From Candidatus Omnitrophota bacterium (lineage in GTDB: Bacteria > Omnitrophota > Gorgyraeia > Zapsychrales > Fredricksoniimonadaceae): a stretch of 60,048 nt of DNA. The stretch spans positions 1 to 60,048 of the forward strand of contig JAYTXU010000019.1 of assembly GCA_043742785.1 (NCBI GenBank), given 5' to 3'. Below are positions 1-9,166 of this stretch, one piece after another. Every line of letters starts with the position of its first letter. Position 1 is the first letter of the stretch. The notes beneath the pieces are model-generated. The model was not told where the DNA came from and searched no databases. It saw nothing but the letters and a program-made list of their open reading frames with translations. The position numbers were made by a program, and so were the translations under genes.

Positions 1-117
1 TTCTTTGCTTTGTTCGCAACTTACAAAGTAACAGTTTTCTCCAAAGATCTATGGAGCCTTCTTATCTATTTTGTCGCACTTGTAATTACAATTTTCGAAG
101 TTTTTATAAAGACGTTT

Positions 118-1353
118 TTATTTATAATGCCCTCCCTGTCCCAACTTAAACAAAGGTAAAAATATAGCCACAACAATCACTCCAATCATCAAAGCCATAA
201 ACAACAACATAAACGGCTCAAAAATGGTACCAAAACGCTTCATAAACGATTCCACATTCTTTTTATAATAAATAGCCACATGATTAAGCATTTTTGCCAA
301 TTCCCCTGTTTCCTCTCCCACCTTAATCATCTGTACCGCCATCGCAGGGAAAAAATCTTCCTTCGACATTGTTTCTGCCAACCCCTTACCTTCTCGAACA
401 TCTTCCCTCACTCTATTAATCAACAAACAAAAACTATCATTTTCAACCAATCGACTAACAATATCCAAAGATAACAAAATAGGAACCCCAGAACCTATTA
501 AAATAGCCATTTGAGAAGTAAAACGCTCAATAATAATTAATATAAGAACGTCCCCAATAATAGGAAGCCTAAAGAGCAATTGTTCCCATTGTAATCTTCC
601 CACAGGAGTGTTTATATATTTCGTAACCATAAAAATAGTAGCGGCCAATCCTCCCCCAAGAAAAACAAAATAATTCTTAATGAATTTAAATGTTGCTAAC
701 AATCCCTTAGTCATCATAGGAAGCTCTGCATGCATAGAAGTAAATACCTCTTCAAACTTAGGGGCTACACCAAAAGCAAAAAAGATAACAGCCCCCACCG
801 CCGCCACACAAAGAATAATAGGATAAATAACCGCCGAAATAATGATTGCTTTAAAAGCCGCCTGCTCTTCCACATGCTCCGCTAATTTAGTTAAAACATT
901 CGACAGCGTACCCGAAGCTTCTCCCACCTCAATTAACGATACCCAAAACTGTCCAAATACCTTTGGATATTTACTAATAGCTTGACTAAAAGATTTCCCA
1001 GCCTCCACATCAGCTCTTGTTTGTTTGACTATTTCATACAAATCCTTACTTTGTATTTGAGACAAAGTAACCTCCAAACTCCTCATAAGAGCCACGCCTG
1101 CCTCAAGCATGGTTGACAATTGTCTGGAAAAAACTAAAAGATCTTCCAACTTAACATTTTTATGATGAAATTTTTCAGATAATTTATTCTTAACCTTAAC
1201 GCTCTGTGCCATCTCCAGCGCTTCAGAAAACTTAATAATAAAAAAGCCCTGGCCTTGAAGCTTGTCTATTAATACTTGCTCATTAGTAGCTTCAACCAAG
1301 TCGGTCTTCATATTACCTAAAACATCTCTAACTGTGCAATTGTACATTGGCAT
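118..1353 (-). CDS. pilC: Type IV pilus / T2SS inner-membrane platform protein (PilC/GspF family)
   Basis: Motifs 'FSRQLSTMLEAGV', 'GEASGTL..VL', 'GEETGEL..ML' and 'FEPFML', i.e. two T2SSF domains. ORF track starts at 1374; ATG 1353 (MPMYN) is the more likely start. Confidence 0.92.
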   Translation of the reverse strand: MPMYNCTVRDVLGNMKTDLVEATNEQVLIDKLQGQGFFIIKFSEALEMAQSVKVKNKLSEKFHHKNVKLEDLLVFSRQLSTMLEAGVALMRSLEVTLSQIQSKDLYEIVKQTRADVEAGKSFSQAISKYPKVFGQFWVSLIEVGEASGTLSNVLTKLAEHVEEQAAFKAIIISAVIYPIILCVAAVGAVIFFAFGVAPKFEEVFTSMHAELPMMTKGLLATFKFIKNYFVFLGGGLAATIFMVTKYINTPVGRLQWEQLLFRLPIIGDVLILIIIERFTSQMAILIGSGVPILLSLDIVSRLVENDSFCLLINRVREDVREGKGLAETMSKEDFFPAMAVQMIKVGEETGELAKMLNHVAIYYKKNVESFMKRFGTIFEPFMLLFMALMIGVIVVAIFLPLFKLGQGGHYK

Positions 1354-1370
1354 AAGTTCAGCCCTACCTA

Positions 1371-3098
1371 TCAATTAATAACAATAGTACCCAAAATTTC
1401 ATCAACACTTGTTAAACCCTCTTCAACTTTTTTCATACCCGCTTCAAACAAAGTGTCCATACCATTCTTACGGGCAACATCTTTAATGTCTTCATAGCCA
1501 GCATTCTTTGATAATAAGGCACGCATTTGATCATTAATCACCATAACCTCGGCGACAACCATTCTTCCTCTATAGCCCGTGTGAGAACATTCATCACACC
1601 CTTTGGAACGATAAATTAAATCACCTTTAACTTTATAATCCCCAACAATCAAACCACTAGACTCATAAGGTTCTTTGCATTTCATACAAAGCTTCCTCAC
1701 CAAACGCTGTCCAATAACTATGCTGAGTGATGGTGGCAACAAATAATAGGGAACTCCAATATCTGTCAATCGAGTAATAGCAGATGCAGCATCATTCGTA
1801 TGAAGGGTGCTTAAAACCATATGTCCCGTCAAAGCAGCACGAACACAAATTTGAGCCGTATCTAGATCACGAACTTCACCCACTAAAATAATATCCGGAT
1901 CTTGCCTTAAAAAAGCTCTTAGCGCTGAAGCAAAAGTCAATCCAATATCAGGACGAACAGCTACTTGATTAACTCCATCAATTTTAAATTCTACAGGATC
2001 TTCAACAGTAATAATATTTTTGGTTGTGTCTTTTGTTTCACTAAGAGCCGCATACAGCGTAGTTGATTTTCCACTTCCTGTTGGACCTGTAACAAAAAAT
2101 AATCCATGGGAAGCTTCCAGCGCTTTACGAATAGTCGTTAACTGTTTAGTATCAAAACCTAAGGAAGCTAAATCTAACTTAACAGATCCTTTATCTAAAA
2201 TACGCATAACAACTTTTTCACCCCAAACAGTAGGTATTGTTGAAACGCGTAAATCTACAGATCTATCTTCAAGCTTGGCTGAAATATTCCCATCTTGAGG
2301 TAAACGTTTTTCAGCAATATCCAAATTAGCTAAAATCTTAACACGTGAAATAATCGCAAGCTGCAAATGCGAAGCTGGTGGAGGAATTTGATATAAAATA
2401 CCATCAATGCGGTAACGAATTTCTAACTTTTCCTTAAACGGTTCAATATGAATATCACTAGCCTTCTCATCAATAGCCTGACGAATAATTAAATCCACTA
2501 ATTTTATAACCGGAGCATCTTCTGCTTTCGCAACAAGACGATCAATACTTAATTCTGCTTCTAAATTCTGATCATATTGAGTGTACTCTTTTTTCTCTAA
2601 GACTTGACTTTGGGCATAAGACTTTTCCACCTCCCTATCAAGCATAGAATTCCCGCTCTTACTTGAATAAAACTCATTAATAGCCAAATTCAAGTCGGAC
2701 CTTGTTGCAATAATCAAACTCAACTCACAATTCGTAAGTTGTTTTAAATTATCCAACATAATGAAATCTAAAGGATCAAAAACAGCACATGTTAAAGAAT
2801 ACGCATTTTTAACTAAAGGCAAAACAATATTTCTTTTAGCAAATTCAAAAGGAATAAGTTTGTCTAACTCTTGATCATCACGAGGCTTCATAAGTTCTGC
2901 ACGATGAGATGCGTAAGGAAACATCAACTGCGTACCTAAAGCAGAGGCCAAATCACTTTCAGAAATCATTCCAAGTTTCAGAAAAACTTCCCCAATGCGC
3001 TCTTTATTCACCTTCTGCGCATCAATCGCTTGATGCAATTGAACTTCAGTAATTAAACCCTGCTTAATAAGAATTTCACCAAGTCTTTGGTGTATCAT
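1371..3098 (-). CDS. pilB: Pilus assembly ATPase (PilB/GspE family) with N-terminal MshEN domain
   Basis: ASDIHIEP, RLPQDG, Walker A GPTGSGKSTT, 'LRQDPDIILVGEVRD', His box 'STLHTND', tetracysteine motif (CMKC...CDEC); two MshEN repeats at aa 5-57. Confidence 0.95.
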   Translation of the reverse strand: MIHQRLGEILIKQGLITEVQLHQAIDAQKVNKERIGEVFLKLGMISESDLASALGTQLMFPYASHRAELMKPRDDQELDKLIPFEFAKRNIVLPLVKNAYSLTCAVFDPLDFIMLDNLKQLTNCELSLIIATRSDLNLAINEFYSSKSGNSMLDREVEKSYAQSQVLEKKEYTQYDQNLEAELSIDRLVAKAEDAPVIKLVDLIIRQAIDEKASDIHIEPFKEKLEIRYRIDGILYQIPPPASHLQLAIISRVKILANLDIAEKRLPQDGNISAKLEDRSVDLRVSTIPTVWGEKVVMRILDKGSVKLDLASLGFDTKQLTTIRKALEASHGLFFVTGPTGSGKSTTLYAALSETKDTTKNIITVEDPVEFKIDGVNQVAVRPDIGLTFASALRAFLRQDPDIILVGEVRDLDTAQICVRAALTGHMVLSTLHTNDAASAITRLTDIGVPYYLLPPSLSIVIGQRLVRKLCMKCKEPYESSGLIVGDYKVKGDLIYRSKGCDECSHTGYRGRMVVAEVMVINDQMRALLSKNAGYEDIKDVARKNGMDTLFEAGMKKVEEGLTSVDEILGTIVIN

Positions 3099-3101
3099 TA
3101 A

Positions 3102-4529
3102 TTATTTACCTATTTCCGTAGAATCAAGTTGTTGATTAACACTATCCAATCTTTTTGGCTTACTAAACTCACGATTAAATCGCACAATATTCGCACTATC
3201 AAAATCTTGTTTCAATTTATCATTGATAATGTTAGTGGTAATAAAAATAACCAACTCTCTTTCCGTAGATTCTTTCGCTTTATGACGAAAAGCTGCTCCT
3301 ATAATAGGAATATCACCTAAAAAAGGAACATTGGTAATACCTATACTGTTTTGAGTACGCAAAAGCCCGCCTATCATGAACGTCTCCCCATTCTTAACTT
3401 TCAAAATAGATTTAGTAGATCGCTCTTCCGGATCCTTAAATGCCTGACCATTAGAAGGGTTAATGATTGACCCTGGAGAAGCTACAATAACTTTAGGATT
3501 AACCGATAATATAATTTCTCCTGTAATAATATTAGCCTGTGGAGTTACTTCTAGCGTTACCCCTGTCTTTGTTCTTTCTGCTCCTGTAGAGGATGTCGAT
3601 CCGCTCGTTCCAACGCTCGTTTGAGATGCAGAAAGACCAATGGCTTCATCCGTCGATATTTCAATAGTGGCTGTTTGATTATTGAGCGTCAATATTCTTG
3701 GTCTTGCTAAAATTCGTGAATCAGATTGAGATTTTAAGAAATCTAAAGCAGCTGCCACACTTGTTGCGTAACTTAATGTACCTGGTGCAGTGTCAGAGGA
3801 ACTATTTCTATAAAGCAACCCGCTTTTACTCCCCGTAACAGATAGATTAGGAAAGTTACCATAAGACATTCCCAACTTATCTGTAACGCTTTTGTTGACA
3901 TCTATCATTTCTACCTGGATTAGGATTTGCGCAACGTCAACATCCAACTTAGTAATTGTTTCTGCAATTAAAGGAAATTGTTCTGGGATATCTGTAATAA
4001 TGAGACTATTAGTTCTGCTATCTTCCTCCATCTTCCCATCCGTAGATAAAACCTGCTTAATAGCTGCAAGCACTCCTGACTTTGAGGAATCAGAACTTAT
4101 TTTTGAAGTAGTAACGGATGCATTTTTCAAAACAAAAACTTTTGTAACCCTGTTCTGTTCTTTAGACTTAGGCTTTACAACAAATACGTCGCTATTAGAA
4201 TCCATTTCATAAGTTAGATCGTTAACATCCAGGATCTTTTCTAAAGCCTCATCAATAGAAACATTATCAAGAAACACTGTCACTTTTTTTGATGACACAT
4301 CTGCTGCTGATATGAAATTCTTTCCTGATTGTTTTGAAAAAATCTTTAATACATCAATTAATGACGCATCTTTAAAATCCATTGATATTTTTTTAGAATA
4401 ATCGGCATAGATAAAACGACTTTCAATATCCTCCAGCGGAGCTGACCAAGCCTGCTTACCGGACAGACATATCAAGAAGGCTAAGATTAGCCTAGCGCCC
4501 AATAACAAGACTCTTCGATTTAAAATCAT
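3102..4529 (-). CDS. pilQ: Secretin (PilQ/GspD family) with STN and secretin-N domains
   Basis: 'ISMDFKDASLIDVLKIFS' (STN), 'DSRTNSLII', 'ARPRILTLNNQTATI', 'VPFLGDIPIIGAAFR', 'ELVIFIT'. Start set at ATG 4529, which has a GGAG SD. Confidence 0.9.
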   Translation of the reverse strand: MILNRRVLLLGARLILAFLICLSGKQAWSAPLEDIESRFIYADYSKKISMDFKDASLIDVLKIFSKQSGKNFISAADVSSKKVTVFLDNVSIDEALEKILDVNDLTYEMDSNSDVFVVKPKSKEQNRVTKVFVLKNASVTTSKISSDSSKSGVLAAIKQVLSTDGKMEEDSRTNSLIITDIPEQFPLIAETITKLDVDVAQILIQVEMIDVNKSVTDKLGMSYGNFPNLSVTGSKSGLLYRNSSSDTAPGTLSYATSVAAALDFLKSQSDSRILARPRILTLNNQTATIEISTDEAIGLSASQTSVGTSGSTSSTGAERTKTGVTLEVTPQANIITGEIILSVNPKVIVASPGSIINPSNGQAFKDPEERSTKSILKVKNGETFMIGGLLRTQNSIGITNVPFLGDIPIIGAAFRHKAKESTERELVIFITTNIINDKLKQDFDSANIVRFNREFSKPKRLDSVNQQLDSTEIGK

Positions 4530-4560
4530 AATTTTCTCCAAAAATATTAAACTGTTCTAG

Positions 4561-5019
4561 TTAATCGACAGTTAAGAGTATTCTAACTGTTTCATACAAA
4601 AGTTGTACACCCTTTTGAGTTATTGATTCTACTCTGGCTTTTTCAATAAAATCCCCTTTACTTACAATCTGACCATTAATAATCGCCTGAGGTTTCTGCC
4701 CACCCCAAACCAATCCATTTAATTTTAATTTTGATTTTATAGTAGAAACGTCCACAACAGAAGGCTTTACAACAATTTTTACTGGTTTTAAATGATTAGG
4801 CTTCGCTTGACCAGAAACTATTACTTTCCCAGATCCACTCTGAGACAATTTAAAAAAAGGAGATAAAAATGGGTTCTTTAGCTTAACGTCATTTACGACA
4901 ACTTGATTATTGTTTTCATTGGTGTCTTTTAAAGAAGTATTTGACAATGTCTCTTGAGCCCAAGCCCGAGAAAACAAGACACCTAGCAACACGAAAATTA
5001 CAATCAATCGATGTGTCAT
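4561..5019 (-). CDS. PilP/GspB/MshK-like exported pilus accessory protein
   Basis: Signal peptide; C-terminal 'LKLNGLVWGGQKPQAIING..V..GD.I..ARV..I'; lies between pilO-like and the secretin. Confidence 0.55.
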   Translation of the reverse strand: MTHRLIVIFVLLGVLFSRAWAQETLSNTSLKDTNENNNQVVVNDVKLKNPFLSPFFKLSQSGSGKVIVSGQAKPNHLKPVKIVVKPSVVDVSTIKSKLKLNGLVWGGQKPQAIINGQIVSKGDFIEKARVESITQKGVQLLYETVRILLTVD

Positions 5020-5546
5020 ATTTTAATTTGATACGCAATAATATTAACTTCACTCTCAATAGAACCATCACCAGAATTAACAGTCTTTCCTAACCAAGAT
5101 TCAATTTTAAAATAATACGGCGAATTCTCTATTGCACGAAAAAAAGAGACCAAATCATGAAAATTTCTAGCTATAAAAGATACGCGAATCCCAATGATTG
5201 AATATTTATCATAAACCTGCACATCTTTAGACGATGTTCTTAAAACATTAATGTGATTAGTACTAGCATACTCTGCAACCTGATTTGCTATTTTCTCAGC
5301 ATCAAAAGATTCAGGTAAGGAAAATATAAAATCTTTAATCTCTTTATTTGATTTCTCATACTCAGCAATACGAGCAACCTTCTTAAGTTTCTCCTCATTT
5401 TGTTTTCTATACTTAACAGCCTTAGAAGAGAAATCACCAAACAAAACAATCGCGCTTACAACAAACAATAAAAACACGACTAAAACCAAAAAAAGACTCT
5501 TTTTTTCTATAAACTTCTTAACAATATTATTAACATTTTGATCCAT
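5016..5546 (-). CDS. PilO/GspM-like alignment protein
   Basis: Single N-terminal TM, coiled coil, then ferredoxin-like 'FHDLVSFFRAIENSPYYFKIE'; operon position. Confidence 0.65.
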   Translation of the reverse strand: MDQNVNNIVKKFIEKKSLFLVLVVFLLFVVSAIVLFGDFSSKAVKYRKQNEEKLKKVARIAEYEKSNKEIKDFIFSLPESFDAEKIANQVAEYASTNHINVLRTSSKDVQVYDKYSIIGIRVSFIARNFHDLVSFFRAIENSPYYFKIESWLGKTVNSGDGSIESEVNIIAYQIKI

Positions 5547-5550
5547 ATCT

Positions 5551-7095
5551 TTAGGTGCCTGAAATTATAAAATAAACAGCCTCTTGACCATTTGTTTTTT
5601 GTTTTTGAGTAGAGTTTAAGTTAAATTTACTTTTCGAAAAATTTTTATTACTCTTTAATTGAGATAATAAGTCGTTCACCAATTGATATTGTGCTCCCTC
5701 AACCTGAGAATATGCATAGCCCTTGATATCTACTACTGTTTCATTAGACTTCAAAGCTATCCCCGCACTTTCCAACCAAACTCCATCTGGCAAAGATTGA
5801 TTCAAAATAATCAACAAAGAAGCCATCTTACTTTTGTCTTTTACTATTTTCTTAAAAACATTCAATTCTTTTGTATTCTTACTGATATTGGCATTAATTT
5901 CCTCAATAGATTTATTAATCAATTCTCCTTGTTGAACATCTAAAACACTCCCTTGCTTTTTTATATTCTGTAATTTTAATTGGCCATAAACACCACCTCC
6001 AACTAGAATTAAGATACAAACAACAAGCGCTTGAACAGCATAAAAGAAATCACTTGTTTTCCAAGTCAGCAACTGGAAAGCAAAACCAGACCAATCTCTA
6101 GATAAAGATTCTTTTGATTGAGAATCTGATGTTGAATCTAAAAAATTAAACGAAGCAAACTCTCGCGGTAATTTTGTTATACATGAACCACAAGCACACA
6201 TGATGTCCATCCCTACCATTTTCTGTAGACCTAGCACTACCGTTGGGTCTGCTGTTCGAACCTTAACAGACAACTCTTCTGTTAAAATTTTCTCCAGATC
6301 TTGATCAGGAATAGGAGCTAAGACTAAAAGTTCTTTAACTTTATCCTGAGAGAATTGTCGAGAATAATACTCCAATGATTTTCTTATTTCTCTTAGAATA
6401 TTTGCACGCAAAACATCAGCCACGGCTTTAGGATCATGAACATCTGGAACCGTCATGGAGAATTCCCTAACAAAAAAAGAAACACCCTTCTCATAAAAAA
6501 TAATCTGTCCGTAATCCCCCTGAATATAAACAACAACTGTTTTTTGATCTAACCGCAACTGATTTCTTGCTATCAATTGTTTAGCTAAGCTAACTAATGA
6601 AGGCTCATAAACAACAGGCTTGCAATCAATTTGTTTTAAAATACGATCATATCTTTCTATGGTCTGTTTACGCACAGCATAAAAGACAATACGTAATTTC
6701 TTTTGCTTATCTTCTACGAAAGGAATCGCCTGATAAATAAAATCTAAAAGCTTCAAATCAAAAGGAACATATTTCTTAGCTTGATAATAAACAACATTGT
6801 TAAGTTCACTGGAAGGCATCATTGGAACAACAAAAGAACGCAGAAAAACATCCTTAATAGGAATAGAAACAGCAACAGAACCTGCATCAATCTTGTTTTC
6901 TCTTAATAATCTTTGAAAAGTAGAAACAATGTGGATTTCATCTGACATTTCCACATGAAAAGAGGAGGTCTGAGAAGAATCAAAAGAAGTGTCGATTGAA
7001 GAAGAAACTGCTTTTTGAAGATCTTTAGAAGATGTTTCTGCTAAAACAATATGATTATCGGTAAGATAAAGCCCTATTCTTCGGAAATTCGCCAT
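5551..7095 (-). CDS. PilM-PilN fusion protein
   Basis: N-terminal actin-like PilM region ('VAVSIPIKDVFLRSF..P', 'KKYVPF', 'REIRKSLEYY'), TM near aa 350-370, then PilN-like 'LLIILNQSLPDGVWLE'. Confidence 0.7.
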   Translation of the reverse strand: MANFRRIGLYLTDNHIVLAETSSKDLQKAVSSSIDTSFDSSQTSSFHVEMSDEIHIVSTFQRLLRENKIDAGSVAVSIPIKDVFLRSFVVPMMPSSELNNVVYYQAKKYVPFDLKLLDFIYQAIPFVEDKQKKLRIVFYAVRKQTIERYDRILKQIDCKPVVYEPSLVSLAKQLIARNQLRLDQKTVVVYIQGDYGQIIFYEKGVSFFVREFSMTVPDVHDPKAVADVLRANILREIRKSLEYYSRQFSQDKVKELLVLAPIPDQDLEKILTEELSVKVRTADPTVVLGLQKMVGMDIMCACGSCITKLPREFASFNFLDSTSDSQSKESLSRDWSGFAFQLLTWKTSDFFYAVQALVVCILILVGGGVYGQLKLQNIKKQGSVLDVQQGELINKSIEEINANISKNTKELNVFKKIVKDKSKMASLLIILNQSLPDGVWLESAGIALKSNETVVDIKGYAYSQVEGAQYQLVNDLLSQLKSNKNFSKSKFNLNSTQKQKTNGQEAVYFIISGT

Positions 7096-7143
7096 AAGTC
7101 TCGATAGTAAAATGAAAGATGATTAAAGGAACAATCAGTTTTT

Positions 7144-7172
7144 ATTAGACTATAGAGGATATGCATTGTCAA
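7144..7172 (-). promoter_or_regulatory. Sigma70-type promoter for the pilMN-O-P-Q-B-C block
   Basis: Minus strand TTGACA (7172-7167), 17-nt spacer, TCTAAT (7149-7144). Confidence 0.6.
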
Positions 7173-7187
7173 TATAATATAAAGAAA

Positions 7188-7586
7188 TTAATTAGCAATA
7201 ACTCCTATGTTTGGTGAATTCGCACCAAGCACACAATGATCTGGCAACTGAGTAGCACTAAAAATATACCCTGTTTCACATAAGAATACTGAAGCTGAGT
7301 AAGAATGACCATTAATAACAAGTGGAGTAGGTACATTATATTTATAAGCGTGATTAGGAGTATAATTAAGTGTACCGATAGAAACAGCATTATTATAAGC
7401 AACCCAAAAAGCTCCTTTAGCTAATTCTTCTAAGACAATTTGATCCACTTGAGCATGGCTGGTTTTACTTTGACTCATGCTTTGAGAAAAGATAGTCATA
7501 CTCACAATGCTGATCACCATTATAATCATCATAACGATGATTATAATGACTCCTGATTGATTTGCTATTTTTCCCTTTTGAAACAT
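7188..7586 (-). CDS. Minor pilin / pseudopilin (PilX/GspK-like)
   Basis: Class III signal 'NQSG|VIIIIVMMIIMVISIVSM' with no Glu+5, as expected for PilX/K-type subunits. Confidence 0.6.
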   Translation of the reverse strand: MFQKGKIANQSGVIIIIVMMIIMVISIVSMTIFSQSMSQSKTSHAQVDQIVLEELAKGAFWVAYNNAVSIGTLNYTPNHAYKYNVPTPLVINGHSYSASVFLCETGYIFSATQLPDHCVLGANSPNIGVIAN

Positions 7587-7596
7587 CTAAGAACTC

Positions 7597-7824
7597 CTAA
7601 TCATGATAACTTAAACACCTTGGACAACTGCAGGGATCTCTCCTAGCATAATCCAGATAAACATAACCGCAATAATGACACTGCCTAAAATATTCAGAAA
7701 CAGCTTCTGCCACCCCTTGCTGATGATCCCTATTCGAATTATATCTCATCCACATAGTTAAAACAAGGCCAAGGGACAAAATAAGAACGACCGCAAAAAT
7801 GGCGCTAAAATCCCAAATAAACAT
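7597..7824 (-). CDS. Small membrane-anchored zinc-ribbon protein, function unknown
   Basis: N-terminal TM followed by CHYC...CSCPRC. Confidence 0.55.
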   Translation of the reverse strand: MFIWDFSAIFAVVLILSLGLVLTMWMRYNSNRDHQQGVAEAVSEYFRQCHYCGYVYLDYARRDPCSCPRCLSYHD

Positions 7825-7825
7825 A

Positions 7826-8086
7826 CTATGATCTCGGTTTCTCTATTTGACGCATTTTAAGCCAAGGAACAAAAAAAGCTGAAGAAGAATCCTCATCCAT
7901 CAAGGTATCTGAAAACTTAGATGGCGCCTTTGAAGAATCCCCATAAGAAGACTCTTTTACAAAAGAAACCAAATCTCCCAAATAAGTAAACGAATTTTGT
8001 TCAGATCCCTTAGGCACAGAAAAACCAACCCAAACAAAACTAATAACACCAATATGTACTAATAACGCAATTAGAAAAAACCTCAT
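7826..8086 (-). CDS. Small membrane protein resembling a TonB/TolA N-terminal anchor
   Basis: 'FLIALLVHIGVISFVW' TM with a His, directly after exbB-exbD; no TonB C-terminal domain. Confidence 0.4.
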   Translation of the reverse strand: MRFFLIALLVHIGVISFVWVGFSVPKGSEQNSFTYLGDLVSFVKESSYGDSSKAPSKFSDTLMDEDSSSAFFVPWLKMRQIEKPRS

Positions 8087-8098
8087 AAAAATCTCTTA

Positions 8099-8503
8099 TT
8101 AATTTGACCCCGATACAATGTGTACATGACTACTGCCCAACGCCCTGCATAAATCCCAAACGTCCATAACCCTACCCATGGATGAATGCTGATCAACACG
8201 AACAAAAATATTCTGATTCTTAAAGTTAATTTTAATTAAACTCTTTTTAAGCTCATTGAGAGTAACCACCTTACCGTTAAAATAAAGCACATTCTCAGCC
8301 GTAATTGCAATTGTTTGATCCTCCTGCAAACCTTCACTAAGCAAAGCTTTTGGTATACGAATTTCAAGGCCTGCTGGTTTAGAGAAGGTTGAACAAAAGA
8401 TGAGAATTAATAAAACTAATAAGAACAAATTCATAGCTGCAAAAGCTAGGATAGGATGCAAAGGAAAAAGATCTTCAGTTACCTCATTTAACTGCATATA
8501 CAC
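8099..8503 (-). CDS. exbD: ExbD/TolR family protein, degenerate (Asn at the conserved Asp position)
   Basis: TM, then 'GLEIRIPKA', 'IAITAENVLYFNGK', 'IFVRVD...MGRVMDVWDLCR'. Confidence 0.75.
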   Translation of the reverse strand: MYMQLNEVTEDLFPLHPILAFAAMNLFLLVLLILIFCSTFSKPAGLEIRIPKALLSEGLQEDQTIAITAENVLYFNGKVVTLNELKKSLIKINFKNQNIFVRVDQHSSMGRVMDVWDLCRALGSSHVHIVSGSN

Positions 8504-8509
8504 TAATCC

Positions 8510-9166
8510 TTAAGATGGTTCATTTAATTCTGCCAATTGCACCAATACATGAAGAATTTGAGCCATAGAAATTTGTAAATCAGCAATCATATTGTTAATT
8601 CTGGAATTACAATAAGAATAAATAGAGAAAGTGAGGATACAAACCATAAGCCCCGCTATTGTTGAGAATAGGGCATGCCAAATACCTGCCGACAAGTCTC
8701 CAACACTTAATGGATTAAGAACATTAGAACGAGACTGAACAGAATGAAAAACAACTGTTAACCCAATCACCGTCCCTAACAATCCCATCAAAATAGACGC
8801 ATTAATAGCAAAGGATAAAATACTCATGCGTTCACGAAGACGATAAGCTTCATAAATGAAAACCTCCTCCATAGCTGTTTTAATAACTTCTGATGAATTT
8901 CCAAATTTCAAAATGGCTGCTTTAAAAATACGACTAAAAGGGCTTTGATAAGATTCGCATAGATTTACCGTATGTTTTATTTTTTCTTGTTGAAGAGAAC
9001 GCATCAAATTAATCTTTTGTGCTTTAAACAATCTTTCCATAGAAGACAAATGGACAACCCTTTCCATTCCGACTGCCAAAGCTACAATAGATAAAAGAAT
9101 AATGGGCCACATCATAGGTCCACCCTTTAAAATCAACTGCCATAAATTAAAAATAACGACCATCAT
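8510..9166 (-). CDS. exbB: MotA/TolQ/ExbB family protein
   Basis: 'GGPMMWPII', 'GLLGTVIGL', 'GIWHALFSTIAGL'. Confidence 0.85.
   Translation of the reverse strand: MMVVIFNLWQLILKGGPMMWPIILLSIVALAVGMERVVHLSSMERLFKAQKINLMRSLQQEKIKHTVNLCESYQSPFSRIFKAAILKFGNSSEVIKTAMEEVFIYEAYRLRERMSILSFAINASILMGLLGTVIGLTVVFHSVQSRSNVLNPLSVGDLSAGIWHALFSTIAGLMVCILTFSIYSYCNSRINNMIADLQISMAQILHVLVQLAELNEPS

Noticed and set aside
80-91. 12-bp palindrome TTGTAATTACAA downstream of pilC
   Set aside because: Short, AT-rich and at the window edge; cannot be distinguished from chance
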